DNA from: a virus
Reading direction: 5' to 3' (one strand)
Length of the DNA: 37,362 bases
Virus record (IMG/VR): IMGVR_UViG_3300045988_106398
The notes beneath the pieces are model-generated. The model was not told the DNA's origin, did not search any database, and was given only the letters and a program-made list of their open reading frames with translations. How positions within the stretch are numbered: the first letter of the stretch is position 1; each line of letters begins with the position of its first letter. Of the stretch, positions 6,490 through 14,907 are shown one piece after another. The translations under genes and the position numbers were made by a program.

Positions 6490-9260
6490 TATATACTGTT
6501 CCTCCTTCTTGAAACTCCTTTTCTGCCTAATCCGGTATCCATAAGTGGCAATAATTCACTTGCCACGGTCTTTCCATTTAAAGTGCTTGTATGCTGCACT
6601 GTAACATTTCCCATAGCCTCGCAGATTCCTTGGATCAGCCGGTCATAATCGATTGGTGTTGTAGTGGTATTCGCATTTGCTCTTGCAGATTCTTTCGCAT
6701 ATTTCATAGAAATATCATGTGGAATAACCTGGGTTCCATTCGGTAGATATGTAAGCTCTCCCCTTCCGCCTTCATTCATTCGCGCAAATCCACCTTGCCA
6801 GTCCTCTGTACCATGCAGCAAATATGGAATCGTACCAATATTCACTCCCGGTATTTTATTAATCAAACCGATTGCTGCATTAATCCCGCCAATCACTCCA
6901 TTTACAAATCCTTTTACTTGTGACACCAATGCATCAACAGCCGAAGCAACACCGCTAAAAACACCGGATACAAACGATGTAAGCCCATTCCAAGCACTTT
7001 TTATTCCATTGAACACTCCTGTAATGTACCCGCCTACTTTATCCATAATAGAAGATACAATTGAGTAAACAGAATTAAATACATTCCCCACCGTTCCCGC
7101 TATCGTCGCTATCACACTCGACGCCACATTAATTGCATTTGATATTACTTTTGATATATTTGCGAAAATGTTCTGTACAAATGAAAATGCAGTGGAAAAC
7201 GTACTGATAATAACATCTAACACACCGCTCACCGCTCCTATTATTTTTCCAATAATAGAAATAATGGAAGCAATAATACTAGCTACAAAAGTCACAATCG
7301 GTGAAATTACCGATATAATCGTTGAAATAATACCGCCAATAAATGATACAATCGGTGAAATAGCCGAAATAATAGAGGCTATCACACTGATTACAACAGA
7401 AACAATGGATACCACCACAGATATAATATTTGTCAGCACCGGAACAATTGCTTGAATAACAGACATTACTACATTCATAATCGCAATCACTGCCGGCATT
7501 GCAGCCGTTACAATATTCATAATTACTTTAAGCACGGTCTGTATAATATTAATCACACTTGTTAAAAGCGGTACTAACGCACCGGACAATTGAGAAATCA
7601 TCGGTCCAACAGACGCAACTACATTTCCGATTAAAGATGCTATCTGTACCAAAAATGGAGCAACTTGATTTAGCAAATTCACGACAATCGGCAATGCCAT
7701 AGTCAGTACATCAATCACACTTCCAATTAACTGCGAACCAACCGTTACGATATCCCCAATTACTGGAGCCAAATTCGCCATCAAAGACTGAAAAGCCGGA
7801 AGCAACGAAGAAACGATTCCCCCTATCGTTGTACCAAGCGTCGTAAATACCGGAACCAAACTACTTCCTATCGTTGATACCAGACTAACAATCTGAGATC
7901 CAAAATTTTGAAATAACAAAAGTAACATTTTAATATGCGGTGCAATCAAACCAATCACCGTAGAAAATACATTTCCGAATCCCCGTATCCCTGATAAGCT
8001 TCCTAAAAATCCCTCCGAAAGTCCTGAAAAAAATCCAGATAGTGCATCTGATAGCACCCCTACTATTGTTTTTATTGTTGAAAACATACTTTGAAACGCT
8101 GGAAGGAAAGATTTTGCACCTTCAATAAATCCCTGAAATAAAGTTTCTGCCACAGGCCTAATTGCTTGTATAGCACTTTGTATTTTATCTCTCACAAAAT
8201 CCCATATCGCAGCCACCATATTTCGAAATGTTTCATTTGTATTTATCAAATATACAATCCCTGCTGCCAATGCTGCAATTGCCGTTATGGCAATTGTTAC
8301 CGGTGCTCCAATCATACCTATAACACCGGCTATTTTCCCGATACTACTTATAAGCGTACCAATGATTACTAAAGCCGGTCCTGCTACCGCTGCAACCGCT
8401 GCTATCTTTAATGCAATCTGCTGCACCTGTGGACTTGCATTTGCAAATGCATCTACCATTTCCGTTGCTTTCTGCACAAGCGGTGTCAACGTTGGAAGTA
8501 AATGTTGTCCAAGTGCAATATTCAGGTTATCTACTGCCCCTTGGAAAGTTCTCAAACTATTTGCCGTACCATCCGAAGTCCTCGCATAGTCCCCCTGTGC
8601 ATTTGCCGCCATTTCCATAACATAATTGTAGCGGAGCTGTACTTTTTCTGCCTGAGACATTTCTTTATATACTTTTCCTGTTCTAGAAGCAAATTCTTCA
8701 AGATTTGTCTCCGTCATCACAATGCCAAGTTGTTTCAGGCTTTCCGTTTCTCCGGTAAACACCCCGGCAAGGGCGGTCATAGCCTGATCTACACCTATAT
8801 TCTTAAAAGACGCCAAATCACCAGCTAACCCCGCAAGAGCTGTTGACATGTTTGCGGCTTCCGGTTGCGCCAATCCCATCGAGGTTGCCATATCTCCAAA
8901 TAAAGCAGTTGCCTCCAACGCCTGATTTTTTGAAAGTCCAAACTGCTTTGTTGCATTTTCCGCCCACGACGTAACTGCTTCTGAAGATTCCCCAAATGCA
9001 ACATCCACTTTATTGAGATTTTCATCAAAATCAGAGGCAGCGTTCACCATACTTTTCGCAGCCAGCGCAATTGGGGTTGATATTCCTAGAGATAACTTGG
9101 CACCAAACCCAGACAGTGAACTCCCTATACTATCTAGTTTAGACGAAATGCTCTTCATTCTTGTTTCAAACCTATCCGCTGCTTTCTGAGCAGTCGAAAA
9201 TGCTTTTTCAAATCCGCTACTATCACCTGTAATTTTGGCACTCAATGTATAGTCTGCCAT
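6489..9260 (-). CDS. Tail tape measure protein (TP901-type core)
   Basis: 923 aa, the longest gene, located after the chaperone pair. N-terminal TMP core (AANMSTALAGLAGDLASFKN). Long I/V/S/A-rich hydrophobic repeat region. Confidence 0.9.
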   Translation of the reverse strand: MADYTLSAKITGDSSGFEKAFSTAQKAADRFETRMKSISSKLDSIGSSLSGFGAKLSLGISTPIALAAKSMVNAASDFDENLNKVDVAFGESSEAVTSWAENATKQFGLSKNQALEATALFGDMATSMGLAQPEAANMSTALAGLAGDLASFKNIGVDQAMTALAGVFTGETESLKQLGIVMTETNLEEFASRTGKVYKEMSQAEKVQLRYNYVMEMAANAQGDYARTSDGTANSLRTFQGAVDNLNIALGQHLLPTLTPLVQKATEMVDAFANASPQVQQIALKIAAVAAVAGPALVIIGTLISSIGKIAGVIGMIGAPVTIAITAIAALAAGIVYLINTNETFRNMVAAIWDFVRDKIQSAIQAIRPVAETLFQGFIEGAKSFLPAFQSMFSTIKTIVGVLSDALSGFFSGLSEGFLGSLSGIRGFGNVFSTVIGLIAPHIKMLLLLFQNFGSQIVSLVSTIGSSLVPVFTTLGTTIGGIVSSLLPAFQSLMANLAPVIGDIVTVGSQLIGSVIDVLTMALPIVVNLLNQVAPFLVQIASLIGNVVASVGPMISQLSGALVPLLTSVINIIQTVLKVIMNIVTAAMPAVIAIMNVVMSVIQAIVPVLTNIISVVVSIVSVVISVIASIISAISPIVSFIGGIISTIISVISPIVTFVASIIASIISIIGKIIGAVSGVLDVIISTFSTAFSFVQNIFANISKVISNAINVASSVIATIAGTVGNVFNSVYSIVSSIMDKVGGYITGVFNGIKSAWNGLTSFVSGVFSGVASAVDALVSQVKGFVNGVIGGINAAIGLINKIPGVNIGTIPYLLHGTEDWQGGFARMNEGGRGELTYLPNGTQVIPHDISMKYAKESARANANTTTTPIDYDRLIQGICEAMGNVTVQHTSTLNGKTVASELLPLMDTGLGRKGVSRRRNSI

Positions 9261-9274
9261 TTCACACCTCCTCG

Positions 9275-9984
9275 TTATAACGGAAAACCATTTGCACGGT
9301 AGATTTCATCCACCCATGACAAACCTTCCTTCTGTTCTACCTCTTTGATAACTTTCATATTTTCGCTAATAACTTCTATATCTGCACGCTTCATTTTTAC
9401 TTTTTTCCATAGTTTCAACGCACGTTTGTTTTTCTTCCGATTCACGTTATAAGTAGCGGTAAACACCGCATTATACACGTGATAAGAATCCGACACTGTT
9501 TTGTTCTCCCATGCCTTATAAATGAAAAGCCTTTCACGTGGGGTGAGTTCCTCGTAATCTGATTTGGAATAGCCAAAATTGACCGCAAAAAAAGCGAAGT
9601 CTATCTCTTTCTGATAGGGCTCCGCCATGCGATCATATTCTTCGTCCTGTTCTGCCGAGAAATACTCATACTCAATCAGGCGCTTTGGAAGAAAAAAGGG
9701 CAGTCTCTCTGTAAGCTTTCAAGCACTTCGCCACAGACTTTCTCGTATCCGCTCGATTCGATTAATTCCTCGCAAATTTCAATTCCTTCTTTCGGTTTTA
9801 CAAAGATGTCTGCTCCCTCTTCTTTCAGACCATATGCAAAATATGTCTTAAGAGACGCTATTCCAAGATATCCTCTTGTTCTCTGTAGTTCTGCCATTGT
9901 CGGCATGTTTGTAGATGCCTCAATCATTTCAATTCTTTTTAAATTATATTTTAATACATATTTCTTTCCATTCACTTCTATCAT
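9275..9984 (-). CDS. Tail assembly chaperone GT fusion made by a -1 programmed frameshift
   Basis: The downstream ORF (9275..9628 in the track) is in the -1 frame of gpG and stays open back through the slippery site. 710 nt plus 1 re-read nt gives 237 codons. Confidence 0.65.
9676..9984 (-). CDS. Tail assembly chaperone (gpG-like)
   Basis: 102-aa ORF between the major tail protein and the tape measure protein. Ends just after a slippery run. Confidence 0.75.
   Translation of the reverse strand: MIEVNGKKYVLKYNLKRIEMIEASTNMPTMAELQRTRGYLGIASLKTYFAYGLKEEGADIFVKPKEGIEICEELIESSGYEKVCGEVLESLQRDCPFFFQSA
9691..9700 (-). other. Slippery sequence CCCTTTTTTC (C CCT TTT / T TTT TTC heptamers in the gpG frame)
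   Basis: Read directly from the sequence. It lies 4 codons before the gpG stop. Confidence 0.65.
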
Positions 9985-9994
9985 CTGTTACCTC

Positions 9995-10807
9995 CTACGC
10001 CTTCGCTGTTACTGTTGCTACTCCTGCTTTCAATGCTTTCCCGCTTTTATCACATTCTATAATCATAATCTGATCTCCTGTAGTGGCAGCGAGAGATTCA
10101 AGACCATTCCATGCAGTTTCCGTAATGATTTCACCATACCCCGGATATAGCAAAGGAGCTTTTCCTGTCTTGTAAAAATACTTATTTTCCCCTGTTTTTA
10201 CTGGATTGACATATACATTTGTTTTTCCAGATGCATCCGCTCCTGCAACAGATACCACCGTTAATGGAGCAAGTGCCGAACCACCTTCCGGCATAGTATC
10301 TGGTTTTACCGGATTTTTTGCAAGATCTACAAGCGGTCCCATTCCTTCAAGTGACAAGCTGTATGTCATAGCATCATCATACGGTGCTTCTAACGGATAG
10401 TCCGTGATTACCGCAAGTCCTCCAAACATCCCTTTTTTCGTTTTTCCATTGATAACTTTTAAACAAATCGGATCACTATTCTCAAACGCTTGTGATAGTA
10501 ATCCATGTGATTCATCTCCTGGTACATAAAGACCATCATTGTCAATGCTCCACTCTTTCATCCCAGCAATTTTAGATTTCCAGCCTCCTAATGTATCTTT
10601 TGATGTGATCTCGATACTATCAGCACTTCTGTTAATAGTAAGCCCCTGCTGCCCGCTGATCGCAAGCAGTTTCGTTCCATCCGCATTGTAAATTGCAAGC
10701 AGTATATCTTTTCCAGCTACTGCCTTTGCAGATGAACTTGTAAAATCACAATACGCATTGTCATCATAAGCAAATAATTGTAATCTGTTAAATTTCTTAT
10801 TTTTCAT
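9995..10807 (-). CDS. Major tail protein with N-terminal LQLFA propeptide-like motif
   Basis: Start reassigned to MKNKKFNRLQLFAYDD, preceded by RBS TAGGAGG. Position upstream of the chaperones fits a major tail protein. Confidence 0.75.
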   Translation of the reverse strand: MKNKKFNRLQLFAYDDNAYCDFTSSSAKAVAGKDILLAIYNADGTKLLAISGQQGLTINRSADSIEITSKDTLGGWKSKIAGMKEWSIDNDGLYVPGDESHGLLSQAFENSDPICLKVINGKTKKGMFGGLAVITDYPLEAPYDDAMTYSLSLEGMGPLVDLAKNPVKPDTMPEGGSALAPLTVVSVAGADASGKTNVYVNPVKTGENKYFYKTGKAPLLYPGYGEIITETAWNGLESLAATTGDQIMIIECDKSGKALKAGVATVTAKA

Positions 10808-10817
10808 ATTCCGCCTC

Positions 10818-11231
10818 CTAAATTTTGCATTTAAACCCATAGCACACCATAAACTCATAGGCAAGTACAGCATGCTTTTCATTTGTCTCATCTTTTTTTA
10901 TTGTTTGAATTCCATTATTTATCTGCATCACAAGCTCATATTCCTCTGGAAGTATAATCTCCTCGGTCAAAGCCTCCTCTAAATTCTGTATGAGTTCATA
11001 TATCTGAACTGAGGAATCACCCTTCTCTGCAATGGCATGAATCCAAACAGTAAATACATCTCTCCACATTGTTTTTGTATGTGCAGGACGTTTTCCCACT
11101 ACCTGTGCAAAATAAAACGGACTTGCTGCATTCAGCTCTACGGCGTCATAACACTCAAGTCCTGTTCCACTTTTCACCCTTTTTTGAATTGAAGTAATCA
11201 ATTCCACCAATCCAAGTTGTTTATATGCCAT
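10818..11231 (-). CDS. Tail terminator / tail completion protein (putative)
   Basis: Start reassigned to MAYKQLG, preceded by RBS AAAGGAG. Assignment rests on the conserved position directly before the major tail protein. Confidence 0.55.
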   Translation of the reverse strand: MAYKQLGLVELITSIQKRVKSGTGLECYDAVELNAASPFYFAQVVGKRPAHTKTMWRDVFTVWIHAIAEKGDSSVQIYELIQNLEEALTEEIILPEEYELVMQINNGIQTIKKDETNEKHAVLAYEFMVCYGFKCKI

Positions 11232-11235
11232 ATTT

Positions 11236-11610
11236 TTACTCCTTTGTGATTGCATTAAGTAAGTCCTGTTTATAAATCGGCTGTTGAATTTCTACATTTC
11301 TTCTCAAAAATCTCTGCCCTTCTACATAACCGCCTTTAACCGTTCTATGTCCATACTCTACATGAGGAGCATAATCCTTTGAATATCCCATTTCAGAATC
11401 TTTTCCTGTCCCGATTTTTCCTACGCTTTCTATCAGTTCACCAGTGTCATACGGTGTCCCTCCCTGTGTGGCATTATGATTTTGTGTTGCCCTGTCAACC
11501 ATATCAACCATCTGCATTTCAACTACTGCATCAAAACGGATTCTGTTCATCTCGGAAAGTTTACGCTCTAATGTTTCTAGTCCATTCATCTTCACGCTTA
11601 CTAATGACAT
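11236..11610 (-). CDS. HK97 gp10-family head-tail joining protein
   Basis: The motif SKDYAPHVEYGHRT resembles the YA..VE.GT signature of the gp10 family. Position in the neck module. Confidence 0.7.
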   Translation of the reverse strand: MSLVSVKMNGLETLERKLSEMNRIRFDAVVEMQMVDMVDRATQNHNATQGGTPYDTGELIESVGKIGTGKDSEMGYSKDYAPHVEYGHRTVKGGYVEGQRFLRRNVEIQQPIYKQDLLNAITKE

Positions 11611-11614
11611 TACA

Positions 11615-11932
11615 TCACCTCTTGCTGACTTTTACTTTTATCAAAGTCCAACGGGGAGATAAATCAACTACCTTGTCAATTTCCTGAAAAATTTCTCCGT
11701 CAATAGATACGTGCGTACACTCCTTCGGAAATTGTTCATATGGCAACCGCAACATAAACTGCTGAATATTTTCCGTCACCTCACGACCTTCTAGTTTTAT
11801 CTGTTCATCTGTCCGTGGCGTATGTTTGCAATCCACTATCTTTTCAGTGTGCCACACACCGCCCGAAAGATTTCCCAAAGCATCTTTTGTTTGATTGATA
11901 CACTTTTTCAATTCGCACTTTTTCCATCTCAA
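11615..11932 (-). CDS. Head closure / head-tail adaptor protein (putative)
   Basis: 105-aa ORF between the gp6-like connector and the gp10-like protein. Overlaps the upstream stop. Confidence 0.55.
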   Translation of the reverse strand: MRWKKCELKKCINQTKDALGNLSGGVWHTEKIVDCKHTPRTDEQIKLEGREVTENIQQFMLRLPYEQFPKECTHVSIDGEIFQEIDKVVDLSPRWTLIKVKVSKR

Positions 11933-12270
11933 AGAAACTTCACCGTCCTTTTATTTCCCCCACCGGAATTTGCCCTTGCTACTTTCCATTCGCTGATTTC
12001 CTGCGTATATTCGGATAAAATATCTTCTACAAATGTTGTGGACATATTAACCACATTTTCCGAAGAAATGCCTTCGTAATAAGTCCTTCTGAACATTTTA
12101 ACAGTTGCATCTACGCAAATGGATTGAAATGCGTCCGGGAGTTTTTCCTCTCCCAAACGCAAAAGCAATCTATCCTGTATAGTGCTGATATATTCTTTCA
12201 GTGCATCATCACTGATTTCACTATCTGGAATCCGCAACCTTACTCTCTGCAGTAATTTATTATCTTCCAT
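11929..12270 (-). CDS. gp6-like head-tail connector protein
   Basis: The N-terminus L..V+LRI.DS.ISDDALKEYI....DRLL.RLG is typical of the Phage_connect_1 family. First gene after the capsid gene. Confidence 0.65.
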   Translation of the reverse strand: MEDNKLLQRVRLRIPDSEISDDALKEYISTIQDRLLLRLGEEKLPDAFQSICVDATVKMFRRTYYEGISSENVVNMSTTFVEDILSEYTQEISEWKVARANSGGGNKRTVKFL

Positions 12271-12274
12271 ACGC

Positions 12275-13195
12275 CTATTTTCCTTTTGTGCCGGACGCCT
12301 CTGCTGCCGTAATTGTTCCGATTACTACTCCTCCAAGATTTTCAGCAAACAAACCTACACCTGATGCCGCCACAGTTTCTGATGTAAGATTTTCATAAAC
12401 CGGTCCTGTATGAATACCGATTAAACCTGTTGTATCTGACGTAAGGTTAAATGCCTGTGCCAAATCTGAACCTGTCACATTTACAAAGTACAACACGATA
12501 TTCTCTGACGCCGTTGCATAAATCTTTCCTTTTGGAACATCTGATGCAAGGATAACTGTACCGATACCGAGGAAGTTCTCAATATAAGACATTCCAAAAG
12601 CAGTCTGCGTAACAATCTGTGCTCCTCCTAAATAATCTGCCACGTCTAACGGATTCATCAGATACACTGCCTCAACCGAAGTATCCTCCCAAATCACCTG
12701 AAGTTGTCCCCATACCTGTGCTAGTGCTGCCTGTAAACCTACACCTGTGGCTTTTCCCGAACCAGTAGCAAGAAACGCTGCGAAGTCTTTACGAATACCT
12801 TTCTGAATATCCTTAAGCATCTTATCATTTGTATCGTTTACCGCCTGTCCATATCCTTTGCTGGAAATAGCCTCCGCAGTTGTCTGCTTTCTCCATTTCT
12901 TCAAGTTAGCCTCTCCAACCGGTGCGTATGTTGTCTTATACTCTGAAAGCGGAATTACTTCACCTTCAGCGACTGTACCATTCGCCAAAGTTCCTGTAAC
13001 TTTATATACCTTCAGTACTTCTCCTGCCTTTTTCTCAACCTTTCTTGTGATACCGAGCATTTTCATCAAGGTCTGAATGCCTGTCGTAAATCGCTCCGTA
13101 AAATCTACGTCTCTCACTTTTGCAAGGTCTGCTGAAATAATCATCTTCTCATCAACTGCAAATAACTGTAATCCAAATTTTCTGTTCTTGTTCAT
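12275..13195 (-). CDS. Major capsid protein (HK97-fold type) with N-terminal LQLFA motif
   Basis: 306 aa, follows the scaffold gene. N-terminus MNKNRKFGLQLFAVDE. Position and size are typical. Confidence 0.8.
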   Translation of the reverse strand: MNKNRKFGLQLFAVDEKMIISADLAKVRDVDFTERFTTGIQTLMKMLGITRKVEKKAGEVLKVYKVTGTLANGTVAEGEVIPLSEYKTTYAPVGEANLKKWRKQTTAEAISSKGYGQAVNDTNDKMLKDIQKGIRKDFAAFLATGSGKATGVGLQAALAQVWGQLQVIWEDTSVEAVYLMNPLDVADYLGGAQIVTQTAFGMSYIENFLGIGTVILASDVPKGKIYATASENIVLYFVNVTGSDLAQAFNLTSDTTGLIGIHTGPVYENLTSETVAASGVGLFAENLGGVVIGTITAAEASGTKGK

Positions 13196-13205
13196 AAATT
13201 ACCTC

Positions 13206-13802
13206 CTAAAAATCATATAACTCTCTATTTTCTAACATTTTTTGCTGTCTTAATTCCGGGTCTTTGATTGCCGAAATTTCTTCTTTTGTCATTGTTGCCT
13301 TACCACTGCTTCTGCTAGGCGTTTTGCCTTTAAGACGTTCCTTAACCGCCTCTTCTACTGCATCATTGAATGCAGTTACAAAACCGTCTACTGCCTGTTT
13401 TGTTTTATCTGCGTCAGGCGTGACTAAAACCGCCAAAAGTTCATCTGAGACCACAATGTGATTGTCTGCCAGCATTTTTCTTGCAGTATTTGTCATTCCT
13501 GCAATAGCATCTTTTCTCTCGTATTCGTCTAACTTCTTCTGAAGTTCGTTTCTCTCATACTCGGCTCTCTCCTGTGCATTCATCTCGGCAAGTTTCGCAG
13601 CCTCGTCAACTTTCTTCTGGTGTTTTTTCTCCCACTCAGCAAATTTCTTGTCGATTATTTTATCAACATCTGCATCTGTGTATTTCACCTCATTCTTCTC
13701 AGGCTCGCCACCTCCTGTGTGGGAATCTTCCACATTATCCGGCTTACCCCCTTCTGTATCCTCTGCAAATAACTGCAGTTTCCAAAAATCTTTTACTTTC
13801 AT
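13206..13802 (-). CDS. Capsid scaffolding protein (GP20-like) with N-terminal LQLFA motif
   Basis: Charged helical 198-aa protein directly upstream of the capsid gene. N-terminus MKVKDFWKLQLFAEDTEG. Confidence 0.75.
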   Translation of the reverse strand: MKVKDFWKLQLFAEDTEGGKPDNVEDSHTGGGEPEKNEVKYTDADVDKIIDKKFAEWEKKHQKKVDEAAKLAEMNAQERAEYERNELQKKLDEYERKDAIAGMTNTARKMLADNHIVVSDELLAVLVTPDADKTKQAVDGFVTAFNDAVEEAVKERLKGKTPSRSSGKATMTKEEISAIKDPELRQQKMLENRELYDF

Positions 13803-13898
13803 TGTATACCTCCATATTTTAAAACTTACGCTCTATTCCCCGTAGTTTATAGTCTCCACGCCTGACTTTCCGTAAGGTTTAGTGACACTCACGCCTGG

Positions 13899-14186
13899 TC
13901 ATAAAATTTTTACATATTCGGGGAATTCCTCTGAAATCATGGAAATCCCGATAAAAAAAGAGTCTATCAAAACTCGCGATTTTTCTGATAAACTCCTATA
14001 AACAATTTTAGATGCTCCCGGTCTTAGACAATATTCAATTTTATCATTAGTTAAACTCAGTATGGATTTAACCAATGACTGAAAAAGGGCAGTCACTCCT
14101 GCACACACAATGTCACTTCCACTTGCTGCATATCCCGCATGACCGTCTACTGTAATTTCTGTACTTGTTACTTTTACTGCAATCAA
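13899..14186 (-). CDS. prp: Prp-like cysteine protease (ribosomal-processing cysteine protease family, DUF464)
   Basis: The motif VDGHAGYAASGSDIVCAGVTALFQS matches the His/Cys dyad region of Prp. Start reassigned to the TTG at 14186, preceded by GGGAGGTGG. Confidence 0.75.
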   Translation of the reverse strand: MIAVKVTSTEITVDGHAGYAASGSDIVCAGVTALFQSLVKSILSLTNDKIEYCLRPGASKIVYRSLSEKSRVLIDSFFIGISMISEEFPEYVKIL

Positions 14187-14253
14187 TCGGCACCACCTCC
14201 CTAAAAATAAGTATAAAAATACCACAGATCTTTTCGACCTGTGGCATCTGCAC

Positions 14254-14529
14254 TTATATATTTTTCAACCAATCTGCTACTTCCTCAACGTCAATCGCTC
14301 CTGTGTGGTTCATATACACCATCTCATCAGACAATAAAACTACCGCTGGCAATTTGTCTATCTGATATTTGTCTGCCACAAATGATTCGTCCTGCACGTT
14401 TACACGCTGTATTTTATCAATCCCGACTTTTTCCTCTAAAGGTTCAATAAACTGCTTTTCATAAAATCTACAGGGCGGACACCACGGAGCATGAAAAAAT
14501 AATAGTTTTTTCATAACTTTTCTCGTCAT
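14254..14529 (-). CDS. Thioredoxin-like protein (WCPPC active site)
   Basis: LLFFHAPWCPPCR ... LPAVVLL follows the thioredoxin-fold pattern. The start could instead be the second Met (MKKLLFF). Confidence 0.8.
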   Translation of the reverse strand: MTRKVMKKLLFFHAPWCPPCRFYEKQFIEPLEEKVGIDKIQRVNVQDESFVADKYQIDKLPAVVLLSDEMVYMNHTGAIDVEEVADWLKNI

Positions 14530-14721
14530 CTTCCTTACTTAAATACTATCTCACACAATCAGAATTTTTGTCTTTTTTCCCATTCCATATATTCTCTAGC
14601 TTCACTTAATGTCATTATCATCACTCCCAGTATAATCCAGTGGTACTATTACCATAATATTCCTCTGCTTCCTTTTGGTAAAACCGCTCCTATCTTTCTA
14701 ATTCAAACTACTGTTTCAACT

Positions 14722-14907
14722 CTAATCTGTAATATTTTTAATGTTATTTTGAGCAATATGCTTTTTATATGTCACTCCATTGTTACATATGGTTCCTTTG
14801 GTTTTAGGAGTATGCAATATTTCCTCAGGTATTCCTTTCGGATACGCATCACATACCATATTTTTTTTACAATTATCGCAATCCAAACAGTACGGTATTC
14901 TAATCAT
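14722..14907 (-). CDS. Small Cys-rich protein translationally coupled to the MuF-fusion gene (possible immunity/partner)
   Basis: The ATG overlaps the MuF TGA (ATGA), preceded by RBS AAAGGTGGA. CLDCDNC..(5)..C cluster. No family recognised. Confidence 0.55.
   Translation of the reverse strand: MIRIPYCLDCDNCKKNMVCDAYPKGIPEEILHTPKTKGTICNNGVTYKKHIAQNNIKNITD

Noticed and set aside
495-13845. Many plus-strand track ORFs antisense to the late operon. Examples: 495..701, 653..1153, 3336..3779, 4151..4444, 5923..6267, 6664..7068, 7168..7455, 8287..8589, 8502..8828, 9806..10150, 11379..11687, 13574..13822.
   Set aside because: Each lies entirely inside a minus-strand gene with a recognisable phage function and tight operon packing. 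Their products are low-complexity (L/F/S/I/C-rich), and they lack SD sequences. They are antisense artefacts.
14186-14203. The shared 14-15-nt string (A)GGGAGGTGGTGCCG upstream of both the Prp-like start (about 14189..14203) and the late-regulator GTG (about 22434..22448). Similar GGTGGTGC strings occur before the toxin-like ORF and terS.
   Set aside because: It first looked like a common regulatory box. It is explained by an extended Shine-Dalgarno sequence complementary to the 16S 3' end (GGAGGTG...). There is no additional conserved context.
14530-14721. Tiny minus-strand ORFs in the gap upstream of the thioredoxin gene (for example MTLSEAREYMEWEKRQKF, 18 aa, and MVIVPLDYTGSDDNDIK, 17 aa).
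   Set aside because: They are too short and unsupported, with only one marginal SD. I cannot distinguish them from noise, so the gap is flagged only as unusually long.
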